Below are positions 1 through 11,280 of a DNA stretch of 64,000 nt, piece by piece. The notes under the pieces are model-generated. The model was not told the origin of the DNA. It saw only the letters and a program-made list of their open reading frames with translations, and did no database searches. The position numbers were made by a program, and so were the translations under genes. The first letter of the stretch is position 1. The number at the start of each line of letters is the position of its first letter. Source of the DNA: an uncultured Bacteroidales bacterium (lineage in GTDB: Bacteria > Bacteroidota > Bacteroidia > Bacteroidales > B18-G4); assembly GCA_963753835.1 (NCBI GenBank), contig CAVWDP010000003.1, forward strand, positions 89,589 to 153,588, written 5' to 3'.

Positions 1-1540
1 ATTGTTGTTTTGAGGCATCGTAAAAGTGCTCGATGACATATTCTGAAAGCCTGTTGGCAAGCATCAGCCAATGCTCATCGAAGGTTACACTGTAAAGCTG
101 TAAGAATGCATCTGCCAGAAAGGCATAGTCATCAAGGAAACCATGGATTTTAGCCTGGCCATTTTTGTAGCTTCGGTATAGTACATAATCTTCTGTAATC
201 ATATGTTGTTCAAGAAACCTGGCATTTTTGATAGCAAGGGCGAGATAAGATTCATCTCCCAAAGAACGATAGGCGTCCACAAGACCGATCAACATAAGGG
301 CGTTCCAGGATGTCAATATCTTGTCGTCCAGCCCGGGCCTGCTACGTAAAGCGCGCGCATCCAGCATGCGCTGCTTTATACGCGTAAAATCCTTACTACT
401 AATCAGGGCTTTATTTGGAATAGCTGGGCCAGCAGTTTCCCTGTATAGAATATTCTTCCCCGAAAGCCAGTTTCCCTCAGCTGAAATATGAAAGAAGTCA
501 CAAATAATAGCAGTGTGCTCTCCCGCCAGCGGTTTAATTTCGTCCTTTGACCACAGGTAAAAAAGGCCTTCCTCCCCATCACTATCTGCATCAAGGGCGG
601 AATAAAATCCCCCTTCGGGAGATGTTAATTCCCGGCGTACAAATGTTATTGAATCTCTGATTATATGCTGGTAATCTTTGTTCCCCGAGTTCCTATAGGC
701 ATTGGCGTAAAGACTGATAAGCTGGGCATTATCATATAGCATTTTTTCAAAATGTGGAATACGCCACTTTGCGTCTGTGGAATAACGGCAAAATCCACCA
801 CCCAGCTGATCATATATTCCTCCAGCAGCCATTACATCAAGGGATGTTTTTACCATTTCAAGACCTTCTTTCTCCCCCGTTCTTAGTGCATGAGTCAAAA
901 GAAACTCCAGGATTGTTGGCATTGGAAACTTTGGAGCCCCGAACATTCCACCCAGATCAGGATCCATCTTTTTCATGATGCCCTTGTACAGATGATGAAT
1001 ATCTTGATTATTATAGGCCTGGTTCTCATTAAATGTTGGGCCCGCAAGTGAAGCTCCGACCTCGCTATGAATATTCTCAGCCTGGTTAAGCAGAAGCTCG
1101 GGCTGGGAGCGCTGTAGTTCTGAAAAGTACTCCAATACCTGCAACCATTTATCTTTTGTGAAATATGTTCCGGCATATACCGGCCTGCCATCAGGAAGAG
1201 TGATCACATTCAGGGGCCAACCTCCACTGCCGGTAATCAGGTATGCTGCCTGCATATAAACCTGGTCGATATCAGGACGCTCTTCCCTGTCTATTTTCAC
1301 AGAAATATAATTTTTGTTCATCAGGGCGGCAACCTGCATATCTTCGAAAGACTCTTTCTCCATCACATGGCACCAGTGACAGGCTGAATAACCAATACTT
1401 ACCACCATCAGGCTGTTGGCCTCCTTAGAGGCAGCAAATGCCTCATCTCCCCAGGGATGCCAGGAAACAGGATTGTAGGCATGCTGTAACAGGTACGGAC
1501 TATTTTCGTTGATCAGGCGATTTGCTGTAGCATTGCTCAT
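1..1540 (-). CDS. thioredoxin-domain protein, DUF255/YyaL (COG1331) family; C-terminus lies beyond the window edge
   Basis: Open minus-strand frame from ATG (1538-1540) to base 1; it is missing from the ORF track only because it has no stop in the window. Own translation: [98 protein letters not shown]. This is a thioredoxin-like CxxC head plus the alpha-toroid body typical of the family. Confidence 0.85.
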   Translation of the reverse strand, partial: MSNATANRLINENSPYLLQHAYNPVSWHPWGDEAFAASKEANSLMVVSIGYSACHWCHVMEKESFEDMQVAALMNKNYISVKIDREERPDIDQVYMQAAYLITGSGGWPLNVITLPDGRPVYAGTYFTKDKWLQVLEYFSELQRSQPELLLNQAENIHSEVGASLAGPTFNENQAYNNQDIHHLYKGIMKKMDPDLGGMFGAPKFPMPTILEFLLTHALRTGEKEGLEMVKTSLDVMAAGGIYDQLGGGFCRYSTDAKWRIPHFEKMLYDNAQLISLYANAYRNSGNKDYQHIIRDSITFVRRELTSPEGGFYSALDADSDGEEGLFYLWSKDEIKPLAGEHTAIICDFFHISAEGNWLSGKNILYRETAGPAIPNKALISSKDFTRIKQRMLDARALRSRPGLDDKILTSWNALMLIGLVDAYRSLGDESYLALAIKNARFLEQHMITEDYVLYRSYKNGQAKIHGFLDDYAFLADAFLQLYSVTFDEHWLMLANRLSEYVIEHFYDASKQQ

Positions 1541-1594
1541 ATAAAGGGGTGTTATAAGCTAAACAATGATAGATGATAAATGTTTTGTGAGAAG

Positions 1595-2854
1595 TTATAA
1601 TAGCTCCAGCCTGCTGGCATCCTGCCGGATGAAGATAAAAAGAAGGATGGTAAAGGCCCAAAGAGATGATCCGCCGTAGCTTATAAACGGAAGCGGTATT
1701 CCGATAACGGGCAACAGGCCTATTGTCATGCCGATATTAACAGTAAAGTGGAAAAAAAGAATGGATGCAAGGCCGTAACCATATATCCTGCTGAAGTTGG
1801 ATCGTTGTCGCTCGGCCATCATCACCAGGCGTATCAATAAGGCTAAAAACATAAAGATTAGCACAAGCGAGCCCAGGTACCCCCACTCTTCTCCAATGGT
1901 GCAGAAAATGAAATCCGTATCCTGCTCCGGAACAAAATCATATTTGGTCTGTGTCCCGTTCAGAAAGCCTTTTCCTGCAATGCCTCCGGAACCAATTGCA
2001 ATCTTGGATTGATGCACATTATATCCGGCCCCCCTAAGATCGAGCTCATTGCCAAGTAATACGTTAATTCGTTTCTTCTGGTGGGCTTCAAGTATATTTT
2101 CAAAGGCATAGTCGACCGAGTAAACAAAGCCAGAGGCAATAATGAGCATGCTTAATAAAACAATGATATTTTTTCTTGACCGCCTCATGAAGTAGAAGAG
2201 GATCACAGAAATAAATACCAGGAAGGCGATGATATATAATTTATCAAACATCAGCGAAAGCACAAATAGAAGGACCACGAGAAGGCCGACCAACAGGATG
2301 TTACCCGTCAGGCCTTCCCGAAAAAGCACCAGGATGAAAACGACATATACCAGGGCTGAGCCAGTATCATTTTGCAGCAAAACAAGGCCTGCCGGAAGCA
2401 ATATCAGGATGGCTGCTATTATTTTTGTGCGCATACTAGACAGGCTAACATTAAAAGTGCTCAGGTACCTGGCCAGGGCCAGACATGTTGCAAACTTGGC
2501 AAATTCAGCAGGCTGAATGGCTATACTTCCGAATTGGAACCAGGATTTAGACCCGGAAATTTCAACTCCAATCACGAGCACAGCCAGCAGGGATAAAATG
2601 CTTGTGCCATAGATAAAGTACGCAAATGTGTTGAAGAAAGAGGCATCGATCAGGAGGATAATAAAAGCAATTCCAATAGCAGCAAAAATCCAGATTAGCT
2701 GTTTGCCATAGCGCTGAGAAAAGTCGAAAATACTGCTGTGATCCTCATTATAAACTGCAGAGTAAATGTTTATCCATCCGATAAATACGAGCCCCAGGAA
2801 CAACAAAACTGTGATCCAGTCAATATTTTTCAATATACCTTTTCGTTCCCTCAT
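1595..2854 (-). CDS. rodA: rod shape-determining protein RodA (SEDS family, FtsW/RodA/SpoVE)
   Basis: 419-aa ORF with about 10 hydrophobic segments. Conserved SEDS C-terminus (LLPVIGIPLPFISYGGSS). 4-nt ATGA overlap with the PBP2 gene upstream. Confidence 0.9.
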   Translation of the reverse strand: MRERKGILKNIDWITVLLFLGLVFIGWINIYSAVYNEDHSSIFDFSQRYGKQLIWIFAAIGIAFIILLIDASFFNTFAYFIYGTSILSLLAVLVIGVEISGSKSWFQFGSIAIQPAEFAKFATCLALARYLSTFNVSLSSMRTKIIAAILILLPAGLVLLQNDTGSALVYVVFILVLFREGLTGNILLVGLLVVLLFVLSLMFDKLYIIAFLVFISVILFYFMRRSRKNIIVLLSMLIIASGFVYSVDYAFENILEAHQKKRINVLLGNELDLRGAGYNVHQSKIAIGSGGIAGKGFLNGTQTKYDFVPEQDTDFIFCTIGEEWGYLGSLVLIFMFLALLIRLVMMAERQRSNFSRIYGYGLASILFFHFTVNIGMTIGLLPVIGIPLPFISYGGSSLWAFTILLFIFIRQDASRLELL

Positions 2855-4671
2855 TCTTTGTTTATCAAATTTCCATTGATCATTCTTTCCTCAAGCGGTT
2901 TTCGTTTTACTTCTCCAAGAAGATACTTTTCGATAAGCAGTGTTGCTATTGGTGCTGCCCAGGTTGATCCGAATCCTGAATTTTCAACAATTACCGCCAT
3001 GGCTATTTGGGGATTATCAAAAGGGGCAAAGGCGATAAACATGGAGTGATCATCGCCATGCGGATTTTCAACAGTTCCTGTCTTGCCACACATATGCACA
3101 GAGTCAATCCGATACCACCTTGCAGTACCGTGCTCGCCTTCAAAAACATCAAGCATGGCATTACGGATGAAATCGAAGTGCCGTGGCTCAACGCTGGTAT
3201 ATTGTTTTTCAACAAAATATCCATAGGGATTTTCAATATTTCCAACTGCTTTAAGAAGATGTGGGCGGTAGTAGAATCCTTTATTTGCGATTATAACTGA
3301 AAGGTTTGCCAGCTGTAATGGGGTTACCAGGATCTCACCCTGTCCAATTCCCAGGGATCGTACTGTAAGAGCTCGCCAATGACCCTTAGAGTATATGTTA
3401 TCATAGTATGATTGTGTTGGGATGTTACCTTTGAGTTCGAAAGGAATGTCGGTATTGAATTTTTGCCCGAAGCCGAAGCTAAGGACGTGATCATGCCAAT
3501 GCTGGAAACCGACGGAATCGTGACCATAGGATGGCTTTGTCAACACGGAGCGAAAGACTTTCCAGAAATAGGGATTACAGCTATTCTGGATGGCTGAATT
3601 CAGCATGAGGGGAGTTTCGTGATAATGGGTGCACCTGATAGGTCGGCTCTCCGGCCCCTCGCAATGATATTGTGTTGATGGAAATAATACTGATTCCTGC
3701 ATTCCTACAAGAGCCCCGACCACCTTAAAGGTTGAGCCCGGAGGATAGGTTCCCATGGTCGCCCTGTTCATCAGGGGCTTCAGTGAATCCTCATTCAGGC
3801 GGGTGTAATTTTCACTTCTTACGCGCCCAATCAACAGGTTGGGGTCATAAGATGGGGAGGTGATCATCGCCAAAATTTCTCCTGTTGCAGGCTCAATGGC
3901 TACGATACTGCCAATCTTATTTTGCATTAACAGTTCTCCATAGGCTTGCAGTTCTGCATTAAAGGAAATATGAAGATCGTTACCTGCAATCGCAGCAGTA
4001 TCGTATTGACCATTTGAAAATGAACCCTTTTCCCTGTTAAAAACATCCACCATCACTACCCTAAGCCCCTTTTCGCCCCGAAGTTGCTTTTCATAAGACC
4101 TCTCCAGGCCGCTTTTGCCTATATAATCACCCTGGTCATAATAATCATCTTTGTTCAGGTCGTTATTATTCACTTCACCTATGTAGCCAAGCAAGTGTGC
4201 TGCAAGCGGCTGCGGGTATTTTCGTAATGTTCGCGACTGCACATAAAAGCCCGGATATTTATAGAGTTTTTCTTCCAGGAACCCAAAATCTTCACGAGAG
4301 ATCTGTTCAAGAAAAACAGATGGTTTACGATAGGAATATTTTTTGGCTTTCTCAAGCTGATCCCTGAAAGACTCAGGGCTGAGGTGGAGCAGAGCACAAA
4401 GCTCGGTAGTATCGAAAGCTTGCACCTGGCGGGGAACCACCATCAAGTCATATGCTGCCTCATTATACACAAGCAGCAGGCCGTTCCTGTCATAAACAAG
4501 CCCTCTTGCTGGATATTCAGTAATATATCGAAGCACATTATTTTCAGCCGACAACTTGTATTCATTATTTAATACCTGCAGCATGAAGAGACGGATCGCA
4601 AACAGTATTCCTACAAACAGGAATACTGCGATAATGACGTATTTGCGATTTTGATAGTCAGTTGATATCAT
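2851..4671 (-). CDS. mrdA: penicillin-binding protein 2 (elongasome transpeptidase)
   Basis: ORF 2851..4764 trimmed to the ATG at 4671 (MISTDYQNRKY followed by a TM helix), because the longer start overlaps the upstream gene. Transpeptidase motifs are present: SxxK (PGSTFKVV), SxN (NSCNPY), KTG (CGKTGTV). Confidence 0.9.
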   Translation of the reverse strand: MISTDYQNRKYVIIAVFLFVGILFAIRLFMLQVLNNEYKLSAENNVLRYITEYPARGLVYDRNGLLLVYNEAAYDLMVVPRQVQAFDTTELCALLHLSPESFRDQLEKAKKYSYRKPSVFLEQISREDFGFLEEKLYKYPGFYVQSRTLRKYPQPLAAHLLGYIGEVNNNDLNKDDYYDQGDYIGKSGLERSYEKQLRGEKGLRVVMVDVFNREKGSFSNGQYDTAAIAGNDLHISFNAELQAYGELLMQNKIGSIVAIEPATGEILAMITSPSYDPNLLIGRVRSENYTRLNEDSLKPLMNRATMGTYPPGSTFKVVGALVGMQESVLFPSTQYHCEGPESRPIRCTHYHETPLMLNSAIQNSCNPYFWKVFRSVLTKPSYGHDSVGFQHWHDHVLSFGFGQKFNTDIPFELKGNIPTQSYYDNIYSKGHWRALTVRSLGIGQGEILVTPLQLANLSVIIANKGFYYRPHLLKAVGNIENPYGYFVEKQYTSVEPRHFDFIRNAMLDVFEGEHGTARWYRIDSVHMCGKTGTVENPHGDDHSMFIAFAPFDNPQIAMAVIVENSGFGSTWAAPIATLLIEKYLLGEVKRKPLEERMINGNLINKE

Positions 4672-4714
4672 GAGGGGCTTGCTGCTACATACAAAGTTAT
4701 TCGTTTGGCCGGGC

Positions 4715-6208
4715 TTATCGAAATTCAGCGCTATATTTTCTTTTCTCAAGAAAAACAGCAACACCCAGAAATATTACAATATAAATGAGATGAATGAAAT
4801 ACCTGCTTATTCCCTCAGCAAGAGGCAGCTCTTGTGAAAGGAAATAAAAAGCAAAGGCAATGATAAAATAAAGGAAAATATTGCGCAGGTCATAAACAAT
4901 AGGATAAAATTTGCGACCCACAATAAATGAAAGCACAACCATGGAGAAATAACATGCAAGATGTGCCCATGCGGCTCCTGTATATCCATATTTTGGTACA
5001 AGTAAAACATTCAAAACAACAGTGATAATGGCTCCCCCAAATGCGATCATTGCGCCATACTTTGTCTTATCGGTTAGCTTATACCATACCGAGAGATTAT
5101 AGAATATGCCAAGCATCAGATTAGCCAGCAGAATAATGGGAACGATGCCGAGACCTGAGCGGAAATCAGGACCGATAAAGTATTTAAAAATGTCTATGAA
5201 CAGGGTAACGCTTAAAAATATCAGCAGACAGAAAATGATGAAATATTTCATCACAGAGGCATATAATCGTTTAGCATTTTCCTCTCTGGCGTGGGAGAAG
5301 AAAAAGGGCTCAGCAGCATATCGAAACATTTGTATGAACAGGGTCATTAATACAGCCAGGCGATAATTGGCCCCATAAACACCAAGTTGTCCGAGAATGT
5401 AATTGTCCTTGTCGGCTACATTTTCTGGCACACTTAAAAGAAATTTAAAAAGGACCTTGTCCGACACCTCATTGATCATTCCAAACACACCGACGAGTAA
5501 TAATGGAAAGCCGTATGAGAGCATTCTAATTAAAAGTTTACGATCGAAGGAATACTTTATTTTGAAGATATCTGGCAACAAAAGAATAAGGGTGACAACA
5601 CTGGCTATGAGGTTTGAAATAAAAGCATAGCCCACCCCAATATCTGCATTGTAGATCAAGCTAAGTGATGAATCAGGATTGGTTTTGAGAAACCATGGAC
5701 AGAAAACAAGGAAGAAGAAATTAAAGGAGATATTGGTGACCACGTTTATGATCTTGATCCAGGCAAAGCGGAAGGCCCTGTTTTGTTGCCTTAGCCTGGC
5801 AAAGGGTATCGCTGAAAAGGCATCAATACCAACGATAATAGCGAAATAAATAATATACTCCGGATGGTTCGGATAACGGATCAGTGCGGCAATATCATTG
5901 GAAAACCAGAGTGCCAGAACAATGAAGAGGGATGATGTAACAAAGAGAGCACTCAGCGTGGTTGTGAAGACTCCGTCTTTGTTCTTTTCTGATTCAGCAA
6001 ATCTGAAATAGGAGGTCTCCATTCCATAGGTAAGCAGGACAAGGAGGAAGGCTACATAAGCATAAAGCTCTGTGACAACACCATATTGTCCTTCAACAAA
6101 AATGCGGGTGTAAAAGGGCGTTAAAAGCAGGTAATTTAGCAAGCGGGGAACGATGGTTCCCATGCCATAAACGGCTGTTTGACCGGCTAGTTTTTTTAAG
6201 GGTTTCAA
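4715..6208 (-). CDS. MOP/Wzx-type oligosaccharide flippase (polysaccharide biosynthesis protein family)
   Basis: 497-aa ORF, about 14 TM helices. The N-terminus (GQTAVYGMGTIVPRLLNYLLLTPFYTR) is typical of PF01943-like flippases. Apparent TTG start. Confidence 0.75.
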   Translation of the reverse strand: MKPLKKLAGQTAVYGMGTIVPRLLNYLLLTPFYTRIFVEGQYGVVTELYAYVAFLLVLLTYGMETSYFRFAESEKNKDGVFTTTLSALFVTSSLFIVLALWFSNDIAALIRYPNHPEYIIYFAIIVGIDAFSAIPFARLRQQNRAFRFAWIKIINVVTNISFNFFFLVFCPWFLKTNPDSSLSLIYNADIGVGYAFISNLIASVVTLILLLPDIFKIKYSFDRKLLIRMLSYGFPLLLVGVFGMINEVSDKVLFKFLLSVPENVADKDNYILGQLGVYGANYRLAVLMTLFIQMFRYAAEPFFFSHAREENAKRLYASVMKYFIIFCLLIFLSVTLFIDIFKYFIGPDFRSGLGIVPIILLANLMLGIFYNLSVWYKLTDKTKYGAMIAFGGAIITVVLNVLLVPKYGYTGAAWAHLACYFSMVVLSFIVGRKFYPIVYDLRNIFLYFIIAFAFYFLSQELPLAEGISRYFIHLIYIVIFLGVAVFLEKRKYSAEFR

Positions 6209-6240
6209 TACCTGGGCTTGTCTTTAGATGCAAATGTAAA

Positions 6241-6248
6241 AAGGATAA
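6241..6248 (-). promoter_or_regulatory. candidate Bacteroidota -7 box (TACATTTG on minus strand)
   Basis: Plus-strand CAAATGTA lies 33 nt upstream of the flippase start and matches the TAnnTTTG consensus. Confidence 0.35.
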
Positions 6249-6317
6249 TCAAATTGCCGATGCTTTGATAATAGAAGTTAATAACAGGCAGATTTATTGT
6301 GTTTGGAAAAATTTTAT

Positions 6318-9300
6318 TCAGGATTGATATACGGGAAGGCGGATCATAAACACTGTTCCGGATTCCGCCGAAGACTCAAAGCTGATACTCCCGCCAGCCT
6401 CAACCACAATGCTACGCACAAGTGCAAGTCCTAGCCCCATACCACTGGTTTTGGTTGTAAAGCTTGGTGAGAATATCTTGTCAACCATTTCATCAGGAAT
6501 ACCGGGGCCATTATCAGCCACCATGATCAGGTAGCTGTTTTCTTCGAAGTCAAGGGTCACCTTAATACTACCCTGCTGGCTCTGTCCGATTGCCTGAACA
6601 GAATTCTGAAGAAGATTGTTGAACACACGGATCAATTGATTTTTATCCGCCAATACTATGTGTGGGGGAGGTGATGTGGCATGAAAGGAAAACGCGATGT
6701 TTTCAATATCAGAAAAGAGATCAAGGGATTTTTTAATAGCCTCCGAAAGATCAATCTTTTCTTCTTTTTTTTGTGGCATTTTGGCAAAGTCAGAAAACTC
6801 TGATGCAATAGCAGAAAGGGTATCGATGTGCTCAATAATGGTTTGAGTAAAACGCTGTAATCTCTCCTCCCAGTCAGGAGATTTTTCATCCCATGCTTTT
6901 TGCAAATACTGTACACTCAGCTTCATGGGGGTAAGGGGATTCTTAATCTCATGGGCCACCTGTTTGGCCATCTCTCTCCAGGCACTTTCCCGCTCAGACT
7001 TAGCTAAAAGCTCAGCCGATCGTGATAGTTCATCGATCATCCTGTTATACTCTGATACAAGGGTGCCGATCTCATCCTTTCTTGACCATTTTATCTTCTC
7101 ATTGCTTCCATCCAGAGACAGGCTTCCCATCTTATCCCGGATAAGGCGCAAGGGCTGCGTGATGTATCTTGAAATTAATATAGCCAGGAAAATGGCAACG
7201 GCAATCATTAAAACGTAGACATTTAAAAATGCATTTAGAAACACAGAAATTTCATTCTGAAGCTCAGTCTGACGAGCAAAATACGGAAGGTTGAGGTAGG
7301 CCACCACAACACTTTCTGCATTCATAAAAGGCACATAGGCTGAAAAATAATCCTGATCACCGATGGTCTCCGTATGAATAAAAAGCAATTTCTTATCCAG
7401 GGTGAGGACACGATAAGCATCAGCATTCATTTTGGTGGATATCAACTGTTTTTGAAATATCTGTGGGCGAGATGAAGCGAGAAGGTTACCCTGCAGGTCA
7501 TAAAGGTTGATATCGGAGAAGAAAACCTGTGAGAACTTAATAAGGAGGCCTGTAAGGTACTCCTCCATGTCGGCAGTTAATTGCTCTTCGCCTGAAAGTT
7601 TATGCTCGAGCTCGATAAGTACAGAATGAGTTTTTTCCTGCAGGATCTCCTTGTTTTTGTTGGTGTTGAGGTTGATCACATAGCGAACAGTAATGCCTCC
7701 AACAATAACGAAGGCTATAATAATAAGCGATATAATATACAGTTGTAATTGGTTGCGAAAGTTCAATTCAAATCCGATACGCGTGAATGGTACATTTACA
7801 ACAGCTATAAATAATAAGACAAAGAGTGTAAAGAAAATAAGTAAATAGGAAAAAGGCGCAAGCACCTCAAGGAATCCCGCTGTGTTCTTGCTAATGATGA
7901 GGAACTCATTTTCATCTATTCTTGAAATATAGTGGTCGGCATTATTATGTGTAAAAAAGGTCCCGGACTGTAATTCCCCATACCTGCTGAGTTTGGTGCG
8001 GTATGCATAATCACCATATTTAAACACCAGATTGTTGTCAGCATAACGTGCATAGGAATAGTTTTCAAGTTCGGCAAATGTCTTGACCTGTTCATCGATG
8101 AGTAGCTCCGGATAACCCAGGCCTTCTTCCGGAATAAAGAGTGAGAATAATTCTATAAATACGGTTACTGTATCAGCCCTGTCTTCGAAAACATAGTCCT
8201 GGACAGAGATATAGTTGCTCATATTGGCCTCGTTAACATATCTGAATTGTCCGTTGCCCAGGGCAGGTTGCCCAATACGATCAATGATATCCCCAAAGTA
8301 ATCGTAACAGTTTACTACAAACGCCTCTGGCTGCACCGATAAACTCCTATCGGGAGTACAAATGGTGACCATCCACTCATATCTGCGAAGCCTGTCAGCA
8401 AGATAGTTGTCCTCAATATAGCTGATAGCGAAGTCCTCATCTGATAGGCTGTAGGGTGCGGCTGCGAGCAGGTTCATCAAGTGCGTATCGGCCTTCATTT
8501 CTTCGACGACAGATAGGAATATGTATTCTGAAAGGGGATCCTCGCCACTTGCCAGGTCAATGGCCAGGAGCTTGCGTTGCTCAATTTCCCTGTGTGTGTT
8601 GAAAGCTGCGAGCACCGATGTACTGAGAATAGCAAATAGAAAAAGATAAAGCACCACGCCAGAGAAGCCCACCTTGTTAAGATCTGGCCTTGTTTTGGCC
8701 TGAAAATAGAAGGCGACTGCATAAATAAACAGCGGTATAAACAGAAGGAGATCACAGCCATGTATAAATGTGCAAATAATAACATAAACCCCACTTGTAA
8801 GAAGAAGAAAACCGAAGTATTGGAGTAAAGAGCGTCTGGAATAATGGAAGGCAAGACCAAGAATTCGGTAAGAAATCAAGAAGAAGCTGAATAGCAGTAT
8901 TGTCAGAACAATAAGAGCCAGCAACGAGTCGGCTGTCAGAAAATAGATCTGGTTCAGGTTAAGCGAATATGATGAGTCTATGATAAGGCTATTGGCCGCC
9001 CATAGAAACAGCCTGTAAAAAATAAAGACATGCAGGAATAGTGAGAAGATGAGAAAAAATCTTCTAAAGGCAGGCTTATTCCGTTTCAGCTTGATATTTT
9101 TATAAGTAATAAAGAGGGTGTATGAAATTATAAGTATCGTTAGCGCATTAAAAAGGAAATCACCCATAGAAGGCACCAGGTCAGATGCGGCAAATGAGCC
9201 CGGGTTGAAAATGTATGTGGCATGGAGGTTAGCAGGGATCTTAAAAACAAATATGAGGAGGCGCAAAAGGATAACGTCTATAGAAAATGCAATGATTATC

Positions 9301-10032
9301 AGTAAGCGGGATTTGAAGAAAGCGCCGAATCGCAGATATAACTGAAAAATAGCTGCGTTTAGAGCCAGAAAGGCAAATGCATAAAGGGCGAGCAGGAGCA
9401 AGGAGGGCAGCACTCCGGGATTTGGATCTTCAGGTGGAATTATTGAGAAAGCATAAGCATCTCCTGAAAAGACATCAAAATTACCAGCCTTGAGAGAAAC
9501 GTCGGTTTCCGCAGGCGCCGAAAATCCTGACTGAAAACGGTTTTCAAGATATATATTCTGATAGGCATATTTTCTTTTTATCAGAAACAGGCCTAAAAGA
9601 CGGTGTTCATTCACCAGGGTATCCTGAAAAAAGTAAACCCCATTGGCCAACAATAGTGCTCCACGATTAACTGGATTAGAAGATGATGTTGGGGGGAACA
9701 GGGACTGAATTGTCGGACCAGTAAACCAGGGAGTCGTTTTTGTAGACGAAAAAATAATATGCAAAGGGGCTGTTAGTTTTTTCCCTGATAAAGGTGTCGG
9801 CATATTCTGTCTGGCGGAGGTATTTTTCCTGTGACAGGGAATCGATAAAAATAGCGAGTGTTTTTTCGGCTTTATTAAAATCTACCTGAACGCTGCTTAA
9901 AATTTTTTCCGGAGAATTGCGATTTATGATGAAAGCCTCATATATAATAGATGTAAATATGAAGATAGCTACCAGGGATGCATAAAAGAAAAATCTTTTA
10001 GCAAATTGACGATTATAATTGATTTTATCCAC
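6318..10032 (-). pseudogene. large multi-TM sensor histidine kinase, split by one frameshift as sequenced (fragments 9676..10032 and 6318..9803)
   Basis: The C-terminal fragment has an H-box (VAHEIKNPLTPM), N-box (FNNLLQNSVQA) and G-boxes (DNGPGIP, GMGLGLALV) after many TM segments. The 118-aa upstream ORF (TM helix plus ..FVYKNDSLVYWSDNSVPVPP) reads straight into the other frame (..TSSSNPVNRGALLLANGVYFF). Both frames are open across a G6 run at 9691-9696. Confidence 0.8.
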
Positions 10033-10158
10033 CTAACAAACAATAAATCAGACAATTAAACAGTGAGGCAAAATAAGGCTTTCTGAGCCACGATTTCCCA
10101 TACCAAGGGTAGTTCTTCCATACAGAGGCGATCGTTTATTACAGGCGCTGAAATTGCT

Positions 10159-11052
10159 TTATTTTGACTTTTTAAAGATATAGATTAAACTTGAATAGTT
10201 TCCTTTTCCAAAAAATGCATTCAGATTTGACCAAAGGCCAAAAAAGAAGGCGCGAATATTTTTTGGAGACCCACTCTTATATTTTTCACTTAGCATTGAA
10301 ATATAAAATGAATCGAGCAGCATTGGTTTGCTTGCAACATGGTCAAATCCAAAATTTCCCATCAACCTTATTGCGGATTCAGGAGAAAAATGATAAATAT
10401 GCCTGGGGACGTCATAAGCGGCCCAATAACGATCATATTTCCTTGCATCATAGGATCTCATGTTAGGAAGCGCAACAAATAGTGTGCCGCCTGGCTTTAA
10501 CTTTTGATAGAATTCGGCCAGGCGCTCTTCGATGGGATAAACATGTTCTAGTACGTGCCAGAGGCTTATGGCGTCAAGAGAAGCATTGGGAATCGCATTT
10601 AAATCATCTTCGGTGTGTACCTTCAGGGAATAAGATTTTATGGCATGCTCTCGTGCAGAATTATTGGGTTCAATTCCAATGCCATCCCAGCCGGAATTTT
10701 TCATTGCATAGAGAAATTCACCTGTCCCACAACCATAATCAAGTAACTGATTACCAGCGGTGTATTTCTTAAGAAGTCTTTTTTTATCGCGTATAGTGAA
10801 GGTACGAGCCAGGTGAAATAATCGGTTAATCAGTCCGCGGGATGTTTTAGAGTGCGAAACATATGCAGATGAGTCATAATATGCCGCTGAGCCATCAATA
10901 TCGGGACGAGGGTTTGTAAAACAGAAACCACAATCTTTACAGCTTGAAATACTGAAGGATTCCTGGCTTACAAAATGATCACGACATTGAATATGTTCAG
11001 AAAATGATTCTGAACTACATATAATACAACGAGTTATGTTTTTTAAATCCAT
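10159..11052 (-). CDS. class I SAM-dependent methyltransferase with N-terminal Cys-rich (zinc-ribbon-like) segment
   Basis: 297 aa; motif I LLDYGCGTGEF; N-terminal CIICSS..CKDCGF. Confidence 0.85.
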   Translation of the reverse strand: MDLKNITRCIICSSESFSEHIQCRDHFVSQESFSISSCKDCGFCFTNPRPDIDGSAAYYDSSAYVSHSKTSRGLINRLFHLARTFTIRDKKRLLKKYTAGNQLLDYGCGTGEFLYAMKNSGWDGIGIEPNNSAREHAIKSYSLKVHTEDDLNAIPNASLDAISLWHVLEHVYPIEERLAEFYQKLKPGGTLFVALPNMRSYDARKYDRYWAAYDVPRHIYHFSPESAIRLMGNFGFDHVASKPMLLDSFYISMLSEKYKSGSPKNIRAFFFGLWSNLNAFFGKGNYSSLIYIFKKSK

Positions 11053-11053
11053 T

Positions 11054-11067
11054 GTTTCACGTGGAAC
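11054..11067. repeat. 14-bp direct repeat GTTTCACGTGGAAC, copy 1
   Basis: Identical to 11258-11271. The two copies bracket the paired-array element. Confidence 0.9.
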
Positions 11068-11075
11068 TCAAGGCG

Positions 11076-11083
11076 CAAAGATA
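11076..11083 (-). promoter_or_regulatory. -7 box TATCTTTG (minus strand) for the methyltransferase gene
   Basis: Plus-strand CAAAGATA lies 24 nt upstream of the start at 11052. The same octamer precedes gltX, tRNA-Cys, the Crp/Fnr gene and ompH in this window. Confidence 0.5.
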
Positions 11084-11097
11084 ATTAATAATTAATG

Positions 11098-11151
11098 TTG
11101 GATTATGGATTATGGTTCTGGGGTCTGGGTTCTGGGTTCTGGGTTCTGGGG
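11098..11151. repeat. tandem heptamer array (GGATTAT x2, then GGTTCTG/GGGTCTG x5)
   Basis: Read directly: ttggattatggattatggttctggggtctgggttctgggttctgggttctgggg. Confidence 0.9.
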
Positions 11152-11183
11152 ATTTATTATTAGACGAATTATAAATAAATTAA

Positions 11184-11256
11184 CCACCCAATGCCTATTC
11201 CCCAACGCCTAACGCCAATTGCCCAACGCCCATTGCCCAACGCCCATAGCCCAATT
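11184..11256. repeat. tandem heptamer array (CCCAAYG-type, about 10 units)
   Basis: ccacccaatgcctattccccaacgcctaacgccaattgcccaacgcccattgcccaacgcccatagcccaatt. The C-runs can pair with the G-runs of the left array. Confidence 0.9.
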
Positions 11257-11257
11257 A

Positions 11258-11271
11258 GTTTCACGTGGAAC
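11258..11271. repeat. 14-bp direct repeat GTTTCACGTGGAAC, copy 2
   Basis: Identical to 11054-11067; ends 9 nt from the mnmG stop. Confidence 0.9.
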
Positions 11272-11280
11272 AATCAAATC

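Noticed and set aside
11069-11083. The shared motif AAGGCGCAAA(G/T)ATA at the edges of the array elements at 11.07 and 26.55 kb looked like a conserved element terminus.
   Set aside because: It is the reverse complement of the Bacteroidota -7 promoter box (TATCTTTGCGCC / TATATTTGCGCC). It sits 24-29 nt upstream of minus-strand start codons, and the same box precedes genes without arrays (gltX, tRNA-Cys).
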